Positions 41,014-53,937 of a stretch of 64,000 bases of DNA are shown in pieces. The notes beneath the pieces were generated by a model. It saw only the letters and a list, made by a program, of their open reading frames with translations. It was not told the DNA's origin and made no database searches. Source of the stretch: Octopus sinensis (lineage: Eukaryota); NCBI RefSeq assembly GCF_006345805.1, contig NC_042999.1:106640001-106704000 (forward strand), given 5' to 3'. Made by a program: the position numbers and the translations under genes. Within the stretch, counting starts at the first letter, position 1. Each line of letters opens with the position of its first letter.

Positions 41014-41049
41014 CTTTCTGTCGAAGAGCATAGGCTCGAAATGTAAAAG
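41014..41049 (+). ncRNA. Degenerate minimal hammerhead-ribozyme-like motif in a PLE-type terminus
   Basis: CUUU-CUGUCGA-A-GAGC-AUAG-GCUC-GAAA-UGUA-AAAG: stems I and II pair; the core deviates at A6; the element runs into (TA)n at about 41140; a related decayed copy lies at about 60865-60990. Confidence 0.45.
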
Positions 41050-42127
41050 ACATTCACACTTCCCAAGCATTAAACTAATACATCTGTTTGTTGTTTATAC
41101 ACCTGTCTTTGTCTTTTGTTGTTTTGTAAATTCCCACTAAATATATATATATATATATATATATATAGGGAAAGTAAGAAGAAAAAAGGGAAAAATGCAC
41201 AATGGATATCAAAAAAATAAAGGCTTTTTTTATGAATAGTAACGATAAATATATACAATTAGATGAACTGAGCTAGAATTAAGAGAATAAAAGTCATTAT
41301 TATGAATTGTTAAAGGGATTCAAAGTCATACCGGTTCTGTCAATTACTGTTCACTGGCTTTGAATGCACACCGATTACCAAACGATGTTGGGTCAACTAG
41401 TCCCTGAGTAAAATGATTATGTGTAAGGGATGGACACCAATACTCGTGAACGAAAATTCCTTGAACTCAGATAAATACTAACCAAGACACAACCCAACAT
41501 CTTTAATAAATGATGGGATTAAATGAGCAAAGGAAATAGACATGTAAACATTAAGGGAAGTCAACCAAAATACTCCACCAGACTTTAAAACATTTCCATT
41601 CATCTCCTCACATAACCCTAGAAACAATGAAGCCTTCAGCATTTATCATCCAAAATCCACCATTCTCACTGGAGATAAACTAATGAACAAAATTTTAGGC
41701 TCACACAAAACTTATAACATATAGATACGAGGCATGTTACTTATTGCCTCGTCACTATATGTGATGTCTGGTATTCTGCTGACAAAGCAACACCAGGTGT
41801 AAATTAAAATTATTTATTTTAATTTAATTTATATAAGATTGCAGAAACTATGTATAGTCCAGGAAAAATAGGGTAAATGTTTTTTTTAATTTTTCATTCC
41901 CTTTCAGAAGTGCAACTATTAGTGGCTTGGAGTTATAACTGCTCTTTCTAGTGAGTCGGATGTCCTATTATTGGTCATCTCTTATGTGTTTAAATGTACA
42001 CTGTATTTTTCTATGAATAATATATAGTCTATTGACTATTCTTTCTTTCACGCTAGACCACTGGTAACAAAAGAATATTTCTATAAATAATTTTTGCTAG
42101 CCTAGGATTTATATATATATATATGTT

Positions 42128-42189
<62 letters not shown>

Positions 42190-42223
42190 GACACATATAC
42201 ACATACACTTGCACATATATACT

Positions 42224-42255
<32 letters not shown>

Positions 42256-43150
42256 TGTATGTGTGCTTAACACTATAAAATCATTGACACTTATGTTATG
42301 TGCATGTGTTCTCCTTACAGCAGTGGTGACAGTGGAACAATGATTATGACTACAATAACAGTGACTCTGTGTATCAAATGATTGTTGATATCTGAGTATT
42401 TTGAAAATCTCCTTGCAAGTATATTATCTTAACTCATACAAACAAGGTTACGCATGATATCTAAAATATAAAACCGTTTTCTGTATAAAAGTGTACATGG
42501 TTTTGAATATTTAATAGACAAACACATATTGAAGAATAAGAAGACAAACAAACATCTTTTAGGAGAATTTGAGTGTAGTCAGTCAAAAAATTGGTTTAAA
42601 ATCTGGAAATCAAGAAAATTGGTGATAGGCTATGTCAGCAGCAATTAGTCTATAGGGGAGTTCGTAGATGAGTTCAATAAGTTCAAATGCCATGAGGAGT
42701 GAAGAATCAAAGTATTGATTGCAAAGCTTTAATAAGTAAGCAAGGAAAAAGATTGAATGTCTCTTAATTGCTTTTCTTAACTGAAGAGGACAGCTATTGC
42801 TAAACATTAAACAAAAATAGAAATAATTGTTGTTTGTTATAAATGAAATAATAAAATAAAATTTAAAATATATCGTATTAAAATCAATAGTAATGAATAG
42901 AATAGAAAAAATAATTACAAATCAACAATCTCGGCAAAATCTTGGAAACGAATAATGTACAAAAAAATTCAGCAAGCAAACACTGAATGCAGAGATTCAG
43001 ATGCAAATAATTGCTACTATAAAAATGGCCTCAACTAGTAGTTAACGTAGATTTACTGGACCGTTAACCAAATAAAGAGAGGAACAAAGAGAGAGTAAAG
43101 AGTTCATAAAGAAAATAGTCTCTACAACTCCATTGTTCATTATTTTCGTT

Positions 43151-43220
<70 letters not shown>

Positions 43221-44307
43221 TAATATATTGTTATGGCAAGTTAATAGTGCAATGGCCATCCTGCCTTGTCAGGGTTCTAAAATGCAGCCCTTCTTCTGAA
43301 ATAGAATTAGACAAGATAATTAACTCAAATTGCTTGAGCACTAATGTGTAATCTCAGAATCTTAATTTTTATCATATTTTGTTGTGCTTTAGATCCAGCT
43401 CATCTGTCAACAAAACAAATCTGTGAGCTATAGCATATTAGTTGTGACCATCGCACTTTATGTTTTCTTTTGATTGTGTATAGTGCATTTACAATAACAT
43501 TATTTGATGTGTCTTTCAATTTTAGAAACAAACGATTGACCTTACAGAACCTCCTTCATTTATTAGTCATTGGAGGTGAAGCAGTGAAACAAAAGAGCAG
43601 GATCATAACAATTTTAGAGTATTTATTTCTATCTTCCTACATTCTGAACACCAATTCTGCCAGGGGGAGTTTTTCTATCATTATTCCAAAGACAACGTGA
43701 CAATTACTGAACATATGTTGAGAATTTATTGTTTCACTTTGTACAAATGTAAAGAACTCTTATTCTTAACGATATTGTAATATTCCTCAAGGTAGCAAGC
43801 TGGCAGAAGCATTAGAATGCTGGGTAAAATGCTTAGCAGCCTTTCGTTCATCTTGATTTTCTAAGTTCAAATGTCACTGATGTTGACTTTGACTTTCATC
43901 ATTTCAGGGTAGATAAAATAAGAACCAGGTGAACACTGAGGTCGATGTAATCGACTTGATCTCTTCCCAAATGTGTTGGCTTTGTGCCAAAATTTGAAAT
44001 CAATATTGTAGTATTCCTCTGACTGGCATTAGGAACATCCTAAATAGAATTCTTGATGATCATGTTTGAGTTTCAAGCTGCCACTGGTCTTTTTACCTTT
44101 GATCATTTACTTGTTTCAGTCATTAGACTGTGGTCATGCTGGGGCACTACCTTGAAGAATTCTAGTCAAACGAATTGATCCCAGTACTTATTTTATGCCT
44201 GGTACTTATTCTATCAATTTCTTTTGTTGAACCTCTAAGTCACAGGGACCTAAACACACCAGCACTAGTTGTCAAGCAGAGGTGGAGGACAAACATGGAC
44301 ATATATG

Positions 44308-44352
<45 letters not shown>

Positions 44353-44569
44353 ATATATAATTATATATAGATAAATCATGAGGTGATTGTATTTTACTTG
44401 TTAACAATTAACACGGATAAATGAATGAATAGTTACCAGGGCAGCAAAATCTCACAAGTAAAGATGTTGTAACTCCTTGTTTATAAAGGTGAAACTTCGT
44501 GTTTACGTTGAATATTTGAATAATAGGAATAAAAAATGGAGTCAACGCAGGTTTAAACAAGTATTTTTT

Positions 44570-44654
44570 CTTTCTACATATGTTTCAAAAATTCCACTGA
44601 TACTTATTCAAAAGAATAAAAGGTATAAACAATGCAATCTTCTCTTCGGGAAAG
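44570..44654 (-). ncRNA. Type I hammerhead ribozyme motif with long stem II (PLE pLTR)
   Basis: CUUUC-CCGAAGA-[long hairpin]-GAAA-CAUAUG-UA-GAAAG; stem I CUUUC/GAAAG; palindromic stem III; GUA cleavage triplet; U4C variant. Confidence 0.65.
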
Positions 44655-45847
44655 TGAAAAAAACGAAACTTGTCAATACGACATTTTAGCAAAAAATGAT
44701 GGATTCGTATAGCGATAGACAGAACGCTATTGATATTGTTAAAAAAAACGTTATATGATATAACGTCATAAGTAGCTAACAGAAAGAGTAGGGATATTAA
44801 TAGTGAATGTTAAATATAAAGGAAATTAAAGTCTAAACTATATATAATGATAGAGCTACTTATATGCACTAAAAGTATGTTTTTGCCAATGCTTACATCT
44901 GTATGCTCGTTCTATAACCGTGTTTACTAGAGTATTTTAGAAAAAATAATGAAAATAGCTCAGATTGCAGAGAAGACAGAATTCTTGCCTTTGTCATATG
45001 GTATCGAAATTGAGAGGATCAACCATTCCAAATGAAATTGTTCATTGTGGTCTTTTAAATTCCAAATCAGTTTGCTGAGACCGGTACTATTCCGTTTATT
45101 TCTATCCCTAAATGTTGAGTAATGGATAGAATTCTCTTAGATAACTCTAACGATGGGCTTCCAATGTAAAATCGTACTTTATTACGAGTACTGTATACAA
45201 CTGGGTATAGAATTTTTAATCTTAGAGTTACTTGACATAAATTTAATTCTATTGGATTGACTTCAGATACAATAACCTTGTTATTAATATTTCTAGAGGT
45301 TGGATGGTAGTAGCTAAATTAATGTTAGTATTAAATGTATTATTAATTTAACAACAGTGTTATTATGAGAAGATATAATTTGCAAGAGATTTTTTTGTGT
45401 TTGAAAAACCTATCCTAACCTTATGTGAATTAATTATAGAGTAATATCTAGAATTATTTGGAAAATTCCTAGCATAGCTTGACGAAACAGCAGTGGGAGA
45501 TTAGATTTAATTTGTCTCCCGTAAGGAATTATTAACCAAATATTTTTACTAGTATTCATAGCGTAATTACTTTTGAAGGTGTTATATTTACTTTTAGATC
45601 GGTAATAGGGGAATAAATAAGGGTTATCTGCCTTCATTCGCTTTGTATCGGTGCGTAAGTTATGTTTGTTATCAATAATTCTTTTACGACTAGAAATCTT
45701 ATCTACATTATTGAATTTCTACATTGATTCTGCTCAGTCTAATTGTAAATTCAATAATGTAGATATGTATCAATAGCGTTCTGTCTATCGCTATACGAAT
45801 CCATCATTTTTTGCTAAAATGTCGTATTGACAAGTTTCGTTTTTTCA

Positions 45848-45932
45848 CTTTCCCGAAGAGAAGATTGCATTGTTTATACCTTTTATTCTTTTGAATAAGT
45901 ATCAGTGGAATTTTTGAAACATATGTAGAAAG
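45848..45932 (+). ncRNA. Type I hammerhead ribozyme motif, inverted copy of 44570-44654
   Basis: Same 85-nt sequence on the plus strand. Confidence 0.65.
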
Positions 45933-47166
45933 AAAAAATACTTGTTTAAACCTGCGTTGACTCCATTTTTTATTCCTATATATATATATATACATATACA
46001 CACAATACACACATACAATGAGCTTCTTTTTGCTTCCATCACAAGGTTTTGGTCACCCCCAACGTTATAGTAGAAGTCACTTGTCCAAAGTTTCATGCAC
46101 TGGAGATGAACCTCGTACCATCTTACTGGGAAACAAACTTTAAATGACACAGACACACTTGTCCCTAAGCGTTTAACCTTCATGTTGATCAGACCTATAA
46201 CAAAAGGAATTTTATCCATGGCCATCTCATCATTTCAGATGATGAATGTATCTCAGGTTGAATTATGCAATATGCCTTTTAAAATTTAAAGATGCAAGAA
46301 TTTGAATTGAGAAAGAGTAGACTACTATTTATTGCAGGTCAAACACTTAACTAAATTATTTCTCAATAGTTATTTCCCTTGCTGCAAAGATTTACTCAAG
46401 ATGTGCAGGAATTCCATTTTCTCACACAGAAATGAAAATTTAAGCTGTATTTAGCATCAGTTTAGTTGTGTAGCATGGAAAAAAATAATTTATCAAAACA
46501 TTGATGTAATGTATAGCATTTAAGTAGTTGGAGATCATTTTAAATGGTAATTACTTGACCTCATGTAAACATGTGAGATTTAAATATTTGCAAATTATAT
46601 GGCAAAGGGTGTGTACATATGAGATACTTAACTCCTTATAATCATGGAGAGATGTAAGAATATAGCAATGTGGGATATTTAAGTGGAAATATATGAAGCA
46701 TTTATTGCTATGTAATCACAAGGTATTAGAGATATCAGCAGCTCAACCAACAAACTTCTTAATGTATTTGGTGCTTAAAGTATTGGACAGATCAGATCAT
46801 GTACAGTTAGCATTTCATTTGTCATTGGATATCTCACATTAATCACTGCTTTTGTGACACACAATCTGGAAAACGTGGTAATTCTATATTAGAATAAAGC
46901 GATTTCACTTAACAATCACCAGAAATGGCAGAAGTTTCCTTAGCTAGAAACTAAGTGCTAATTAATCTTACACTATCACACAAGTACATCTCATAAATAC
47001 ATGTTAAATTTAAGAAAAGCATCAGCACGCTTATAAAAGTGCATTATCTTCAGTAATTTTACAGAGAAAGGACAATAACAATTGAAGGCTTTTGAAGTTT
47101 AATTAGAATCAAAAATATTTTAACCCTGTGAAGTGTTTCATTTTATATTATGCTTATATATATATA

Positions 47167-47337
47167 GGCACAGGAGTGGCTGTGTGGTAAGTAGCTTGCT
47201 TACCAACTACATGGTTCCGGGTTCAGTCCCACTGCATGGCACCTTGGGCAAGTGTATTCTATTCTAGCCTCAGGCCGACCAAAGCCTTGTGAGGGGATTT
47301 GGTAGACGGAAACTGAAAGAAGCCTGTCATATATATG

Positions 47338-47378
<41 letters not shown>

Positions 47379-47595
47379 CTGTGTGTATTTGTGTGTCTGT
47401 GTTTGTCTGCCCAACATCGCTTGACAACCGATGCTGGTGTGTTTGCATCCCCGTAACTTAGCAGTGCAGCAAAAGAGAGCAATAGAATAAGTACTAGGCT
47501 TACAAAGAATAAGTCCTGGGGTCGATTTGCTCAACTAAAGGTAGTGCTCTAGTATGGCCACGGTCAAATGACTGAAACAAGTAAAAGAGCAAAGA

Positions 47596-47597
<2 letters not shown>
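47167..47597 (+). mobile_element. Full-length family B SINE
   Basis: Consensus match. Confidence 0.85.
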
Positions 47598-47629
<32 letters not shown>

Positions 47630-47631
<2 letters not shown>

Positions 47632-48253
47632 ACAATTGAGGGTAAAATTAATTAATTATTAATCAATTTCACCAAGTATTCAGTATGCAAAGGGACCATT
47701 CAAGGCGAATTCAAATTATTACATTATATAAAAGGGCTTAGTAAAATAAATTACTTTGCCGCATACTGAACTCATTAGAAATAGTAGCTAAAAAATACTT
47801 TTTTAAAACTATTTCTAATACTTAAAGAAAACCTCTCTCATATAGTGTTTGCTCAATTCAACTCACAAAAGTATGGGGGTAAAGACATTAAAAAATCAAA
47901 TGCAAAGGTTATTTGAGAACGTACGTTTCAAGATTAGTCAACTCGACATTTCTATCATCAGCTCAGAACTCCTTGGTTTGGATTTGAAAACACTGAAAGT
48001 GGGAGCATACCCTTTCGGCTTCTTATCGCTTCTGAAGATCTGCTCGAAACTAACAGTGCCAGCAAACTCAAATATGCAAGCGAAGAATTTCTGCTCTCCC
48101 CTTTCCACCAGCGTGGGTTAAAATCAGTAAACACTTTTCTTTAAGTATTTTCTTTAAGTATTAGAAATAGTTTTAAAAAAGTTTTTTTAGCTACTATTTC
48201 TAATGAGTTCAGTATGCGGCAAAGTAATTTATTTTACTAAGCCCTTTTATATA

Positions 48254-48258
<5 letters not shown>
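47630..48258 (-). mobile_element. PLE-type terminal fragment with about 110-bp inverted repeat, in (TA)n
   Basis: Inverted repeat about 47720-47830 / 48150-48258; hammerhead motif inside; homologous to 61035-61240. Confidence 0.65.
47914..47965 (-). ncRNA. Minimal type I hammerhead ribozyme motif (partly decayed stem II)
   Basis: UGAG-CUGAUGA-UAGAAAUGUC-GAGUU-GACUAAUCUU-GAAA-CGUACG-UU-CUCA; intact core, palindromic stem III. Confidence 0.6.
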
Positions 48259-48297
<39 letters not shown>

Positions 48298-49295
48298 TAT
48301 ATATATAATTATGAATATCATTGCTTATATATCTCAGATTATAAAATTCTACAATCATTTATATTCTAAATGATATTCAACAGTGGGTGGTGGTGAACGA
48401 TTATCTTCCTGCTCATAACTTCAATAAATTCTTACATCCTGGTTGAATGCCATGTATCTTTTCTTATTCTCAACCAATTTAACCTACATTTCTCTTGAAC
48501 TTAGTCGAAGTACATGCACCTTTTCTTGACATTTCCATTGCTTTTTCCACTTAATCTCTGAACCAAATATCACTTCAGTGACAACGTCTATCCATGAGTT
48601 AGTTCCTTAACCTTCAACATTTTCCGATCTATATTAACTACATCAATTGTATTCAATCATCAAAATTCAACTACAAAAATCTCCAGTATATTGCATGATG
48701 GTATTCTTCAAATATTCAATCAAAAATGAGAGCAAATGAACTGTCTTATTCTGTTCTGCTTTGCAAATAATATCAATAAATTTGTCTAACATCAATTAAT
48801 TTAGAATATTAAGTGTATGAAGTATATATACACCTGTATATACTTCCCATCCGTAGACTGTTTCTAATTATATGTTATATAGGATGTGTACTTCAAGGCA
48901 ATATTTACATGTTGGCTGTAGAAAAGTAAGCAATATAACCTCAAGGAACAGTGCTTAGACCTAGGTTGTGTTATTTGCTTATTTCCTTCTAAATAACATC
49001 TACTAGCAAAATCTCAATTACACAAGTACAGGGTGTCTAAATTCTCTGGTGTGTTGACATATTGTCAGCAGTTAGCTTTACACACACACATACTCATGAG
49101 ACACACATACACACATATACTCATGTATAGGTGCAGGTGTAGCCATGTGGTATTAAGTTTGCTTTTCAACCAAATGGATCTCGATTCAGTCCCACTGCAT
49201 GGCACCTTGGGCAAGTATCTTCTGCATGTGACTTGAGCTGACCAAAGCTTTGTGAGTGGATTTGGTAGAAAAAAGACTGAAATAATCCTATCATG

Positions 49296-49362
<67 letters not shown>

Positions 49363-49363
<1 letters not shown>

Positions 49364-49593
49364 GGCGGCGAACTGGCAGAGACATTAGCACGCCGGGCGA
49401 AGTGCTTCGCGGTATTTCGCCCGTTGCTACGTTCTGAGTTCAAATTGTGCCGAGGTCGACTTTGCCTTTCATCCTTTCGGGGGTCGATTAAATAAGTACC
49501 ATTTGTGCACTGGGGTCGATATAATCGACTTAATCCCTTTGTCTGTCCTAGTTTGTCCCCTCTGTGTTTAGCTCCGTGTGGGCAATAAAGAAA
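49363..49593 (+). mobile_element. Young family A SINE in (TA)n
   Basis: Consensus match with CpGs retained. Confidence 0.85.
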
Positions 49594-49604
49594 TATATAT
49601 ATAT

Positions 49605-49667
<63 letters not shown>

Positions 49668-49669
49668 TA

Positions 49670-49880
49670 TGGTCATTCAATATGTGACTGCGTGTGCATT
49701 GTTGGCGATTTTCTTTCTCTGTTTTCCCTTCCTTGGCCCTTTACTTTTTCTATGTTTCTGATCAGGAGCTCTGGTCAAAACGTTAAATCTTCCTTCTTTC
49801 TTTCCTTTCCTGAGCGTCCAATAACACTATAATTGTTCCACATCCTCACGTTGTTGTGTTTTTATGTTTGGATTAACTAT
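49670..49880 (+). mobile_element. PLE-type terminus with a decayed hammerhead-like motif (about 49754-49789)
   Basis: GUUU-CUGAUCA-GGAGCUCUGGUC-AAAACGUUAAA resembles CUGAUGA...GAAACGUUA with core mutations; flanked by (TA)n. Confidence 0.4.
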
Positions 49881-49911
49881 ATATATATATGTGTGTGTGT
49901 GTGTGTGCGTG

Positions 49912-50097
49912 TAATTTAGAGAAAAACCTCTATTAAACAATTCAATAATGAAATATGTTATTCACACCATATAGAAAACATACTATAAAAACCTTATTCT
50001 AAAAATCAATGAATTACAATAAATAGTATTTTCTATATGGTGTGAATAACATCTTTCATTATTGAATTGCTTAATAGAGGTTTTTCTCTAAATTATA
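49912..50097. repeat. Fold-back element with about 70-bp inverted arms
   Basis: TAATTTAGAGAAAAACCTCTATTAA...CACACCATATAGAAAA / TTTTCTATATGGTGTG...TTAATAGAGGTTTTTCTCTAAATTA. Confidence 0.8.
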
Positions 50098-50104
50098 TAC
50101 ATAT

Positions 50105-50507
50105 ACGTAGGAATGGCTGTGTGGTAAGTAACTTGTGTACCAACCACATGGTTCTGGGTTCAGCCCCACTGCGTGGCACCTTGGGCAAGTGTCTTCTACT
50201 ATAGCGTCAGGCCGACCAAAGCCTTGTGAGTGGATTTGGTAGATGGAAACTGAAAGAAGCCCGTCGTATATATGTATATGTATATATGTATGTGTGTGTA
50301 TATGTTTGTGTGTCTGCGTTTGTCCCCCCAACATCGCTTGACAACCGATGGTGGTGTGTTTACATCCCCGTAACTTAGTGGTTCGGCAAAAGAGACCGAT
50401 AGAATAAGTACTAGGCTTACAAAGAATTAGTCCTGGGGTCGATTTGCACGACTAAAAGGCGGTGCTCCAGCATGGCCACAGTCAAATGACAGAAACAAGT
50501 AAAAAGT
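50105..50507 (+). mobile_element. Full-length family B SINE
   Basis: Consensus match. Confidence 0.85.
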
Positions 50508-50596
50508 ATATACTATATATTGTGAAATTTTATTTAAAATTGTTAAATTGAATTTTTCCCTGTAAATTTTGAATTATATTCCCTACTATTATTATT

Positions 50597-50635
<39 letters not shown>

Positions 50636-52061
50636 ATATAATATATATATATATATATACACAGATATATACACATTTGTGTGTGTGTTTGTGTCTATGT
50701 TTGTCCCCCACCACTATTTGATGACTGGTATTGGTATGTTTACATTCCCATAACTTAGCAGGCTTTAAAGAAAAAAATGTACTGGGGGTTAATTTGTTCC
50801 ACTAAAATACTTCATGGTGGTGCTCTAGCATGCCTGCAGTCTAGTAACTGAAAAATTAAAAGGTTATAAAGCTAAACAGGTGTGTGTGTGTATGTGTGCG
50901 TACCAAGCTAACTGAAAGCAAGCTACACATCATGAAGTAAATGTAACCATTGTGTGGATAATTACTTCATATACAGAGGTTCTTGTAGGAATTTCTTATT
51001 GCTGATTATTCTTGATCATATCTCTTTGAACAAAACTACAGCAAAGAGGTAACTCTTCAAAGTTTCATTCAATCACTCTTGTAGCAGCTGCTTTTTGTTG
51101 TGAGCATGCATTTCCCAGTTTCAGAATTTAAATTAAGTGTTCTCCAATCTAAAAACAGTATAGAAATTTTTAATTTGTTGGAGGATATTTAGCTTATTAT
51201 ATTGATTACATTTAGGTACTACACAGACTTGGCATCTTTGAGATGACAGAAGCTCTAGTTATTTAATTGAAAACTACTTATTCTAATTCTCACGGAGGTT
51301 TTTTTTCCAGGTTTATTCTTTATTTCAATAGATTGTAAATGCTTATTAGAGCGGTATACGTATGTCAGCATATATTGTTTCATTTAATGAACAGCATTAC
51401 TTAGTATGCACATGTCATTAAGTGGCAAAAGCTGATTAGATGACACTAATATAATTTCAATCAATCAACTTCCATGTTAAACCTATTACTTATTGACATT
51501 CTGCCCCATAACTAAATTTACTTTGATGTCTTAAACTAATTAGAAACTAATCCTAACATTTAATTGCAGACTTGAAGTATGCAGCTTAGTTTTATTGTAC
51601 AATCATCATAATCAGGAAAGGAAGGCAACAATGAAAATAAAATAAATATGAACCTATATTTAGGGAGGTAAGTCTTTACAAAGACCATAAAAGTACAGAT
51701 AAATACACAGTTGATCAAGTTCTCTGAGTTAACCCTTGGAGACCTGACAATTATAGAGTAGTGCTTAAAAAAACAAATCTGGATAAGCAAGCTCTCCAAA
51801 CCAAATATTATGTCTTAATCAGTCTTGGCTGAAGCTGGCATGTAAATAACGAAAGGGGAAATGATTGCATTCACAGAGGTTGTAACATAACTGAACAAGA
51901 TTGTATTGATTACAGCTTGCTTGGAAAACATATCTAAGTGGGAGCGCTTATAGCATGAGTATGTATTATATCTATATATGTTAAGCATGAATGTCTGAGT
52001 GCATATACTCACACATACACACATACATATATATTGATGTACTTATGTGCACACGAGTGAG

Positions 52062-52117
<56 letters not shown>

Positions 52118-52119
52118 TA

Positions 52120-52435
52120 GGTGCAAACATGGCACTGTGGTAAGAAGCTTGCTTCCCAACCACATGGTTCGGGGTTCAGTTCCACCACATGGCACCTTGG
52201 GCAAGTGTCTTCTGCTATGGCCTCAGGCTGACCAAAGACTTATAAGTGGATTTGGTAGAAGGAAACTAAAAGAAGCCCGTCGTATGTGTGTGTGTATTTA
52301 TGTGTGTGTATCTTTGTGTTTGTGTTTGTTCCCATAACTTAGCAGTTCACCAAAAGAGCCCGATAGAATAAGCACCAAGCTTAAAACAAATGTAATAAGT
52401 CTTGGCATTGATTTGTTTGACTAAAAGGTGGTGCT
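52120..52435 (+). mobile_element. Family B SINE (internally deleted)
   Basis: Head and tail consensus present. Confidence 0.75.
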
Positions 52436-52894
52436 ACATACAAATACACACGCACACACATATATATGTATGAGAAGGCATGTGGCTTGGTGGCTAGGGT
52501 GTTTGGTTCATGATTGTTAGGATGTTTGTTAGTTCAATTCCTGGTAGCCCATTGTGTCACTTTATTTCTCATTGCTCCAGTCCACTCAGCTGGCAAAAAT
52601 GAGATGTACCTGTAGTTCAAAGGATCAGTCTTGTTATTCTCTGTGCCACACTGAATCTCCCTGGTGATAGTGATGGTGGTGGTGATGGTGGTGGTTTTGG
52701 TGGTGGTGCTGGTGCTGGTGGTAGTGGTGGTGCTGGTGGCAGTGATGGCAACAGCAGCAGTGGTGCTAGCAGTAGCGATGGTGAAGATGTTGGTCATTTG
52801 TAGTTGGAAGAGGGATTCTCTGAAAGCTCTTCTACAGTTAGTTCTTGTTGTTGTTTTGTTGCTTTCTGTAAGACTGAGAGCTTCAAGAAGTACA

Positions 52895-53216
<322 letters not shown>

Positions 53217-53937
53217 TGGAAATGATGTAAGATCCAGAACAGGAAGAAAGATGAAGAGAAAATTTGGATCCTCACGAAGAGAAGAACTGATATCAATAAA
53301 AGAAACGCTGAAACAAAAAGTCCAAGCAAAAGCCCAAAGAATACGAAGATTTGAGAAGAGAAACAAGTTTTACAAGCAAAATAAGCTGTTCACATCCAAT
53401 GCCAAAAAATTCTACAGAGAAATAGGGAAGGAGAAAGTAACCGTTAAAGACCCCCCTCCCATGGAAGAAGTTCAAAACTTTTGGAAAAGGATTTGGAGTG
53501 ACAAGAAGACGTACAACATAAATGCAGACTGGATTATACAAACTGAAGGATCCTACCAAAATTTACAACAACATCACAATAGCAGACCTAAGAAAGGCAC
53601 TCACGAAGGCCCATAATTGGAAATCTCCCGGTAAAGATAGGGTGCCGAATTTCTGGCTCGCATCGCTCCCATGCGCACACGGCAAGCTAGTTCAGCTGCT
53701 TAATGGAATTATGAGAGACCCAAAGAAAACACCTGAATGGTTAGCAAGTGGCATTACTTACCTACTCCCAGAGAATAACGAAACCAACCTTCCAAAAAAC
53801 TATCGTCCTATAACCTGTCTATCCACCACGTATAAAATCCTAACATCTATCCTGGCGGAGAAAACATATGCATTCATGGAGAAGAACGATATTTTCCCCA
53901 TTGAACAAAAAGGGTGCCGCTGAGGCTCTTATGGATG

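Larger units (their letters stand above)
44375..45979 (-). mobile_element. 5'-truncated Penelope-like element (linker + GIY-YIG endonuclease remnant + pLTR) with an inverted pLTR copy, inserted in (TA)n
   Basis: Minus strand KNIWLIIPYGRQIKSN (linker), YIGS...HYSTFRDRNKRNSTGLSKLIWNLKD..FHLEWLIL (GIY-YIG); near-identical inverted repeat 44523-44735 / 45768-45979; (TA)n on both sides. Confidence 0.85.

Noticed and set aside
42777-42815. CTGAAGA-GGACAG...AAACATTAA resembling another hammerhead
   Set aside because: The GAAA core is missing and stem II pairing is incomplete; too degenerate to call.
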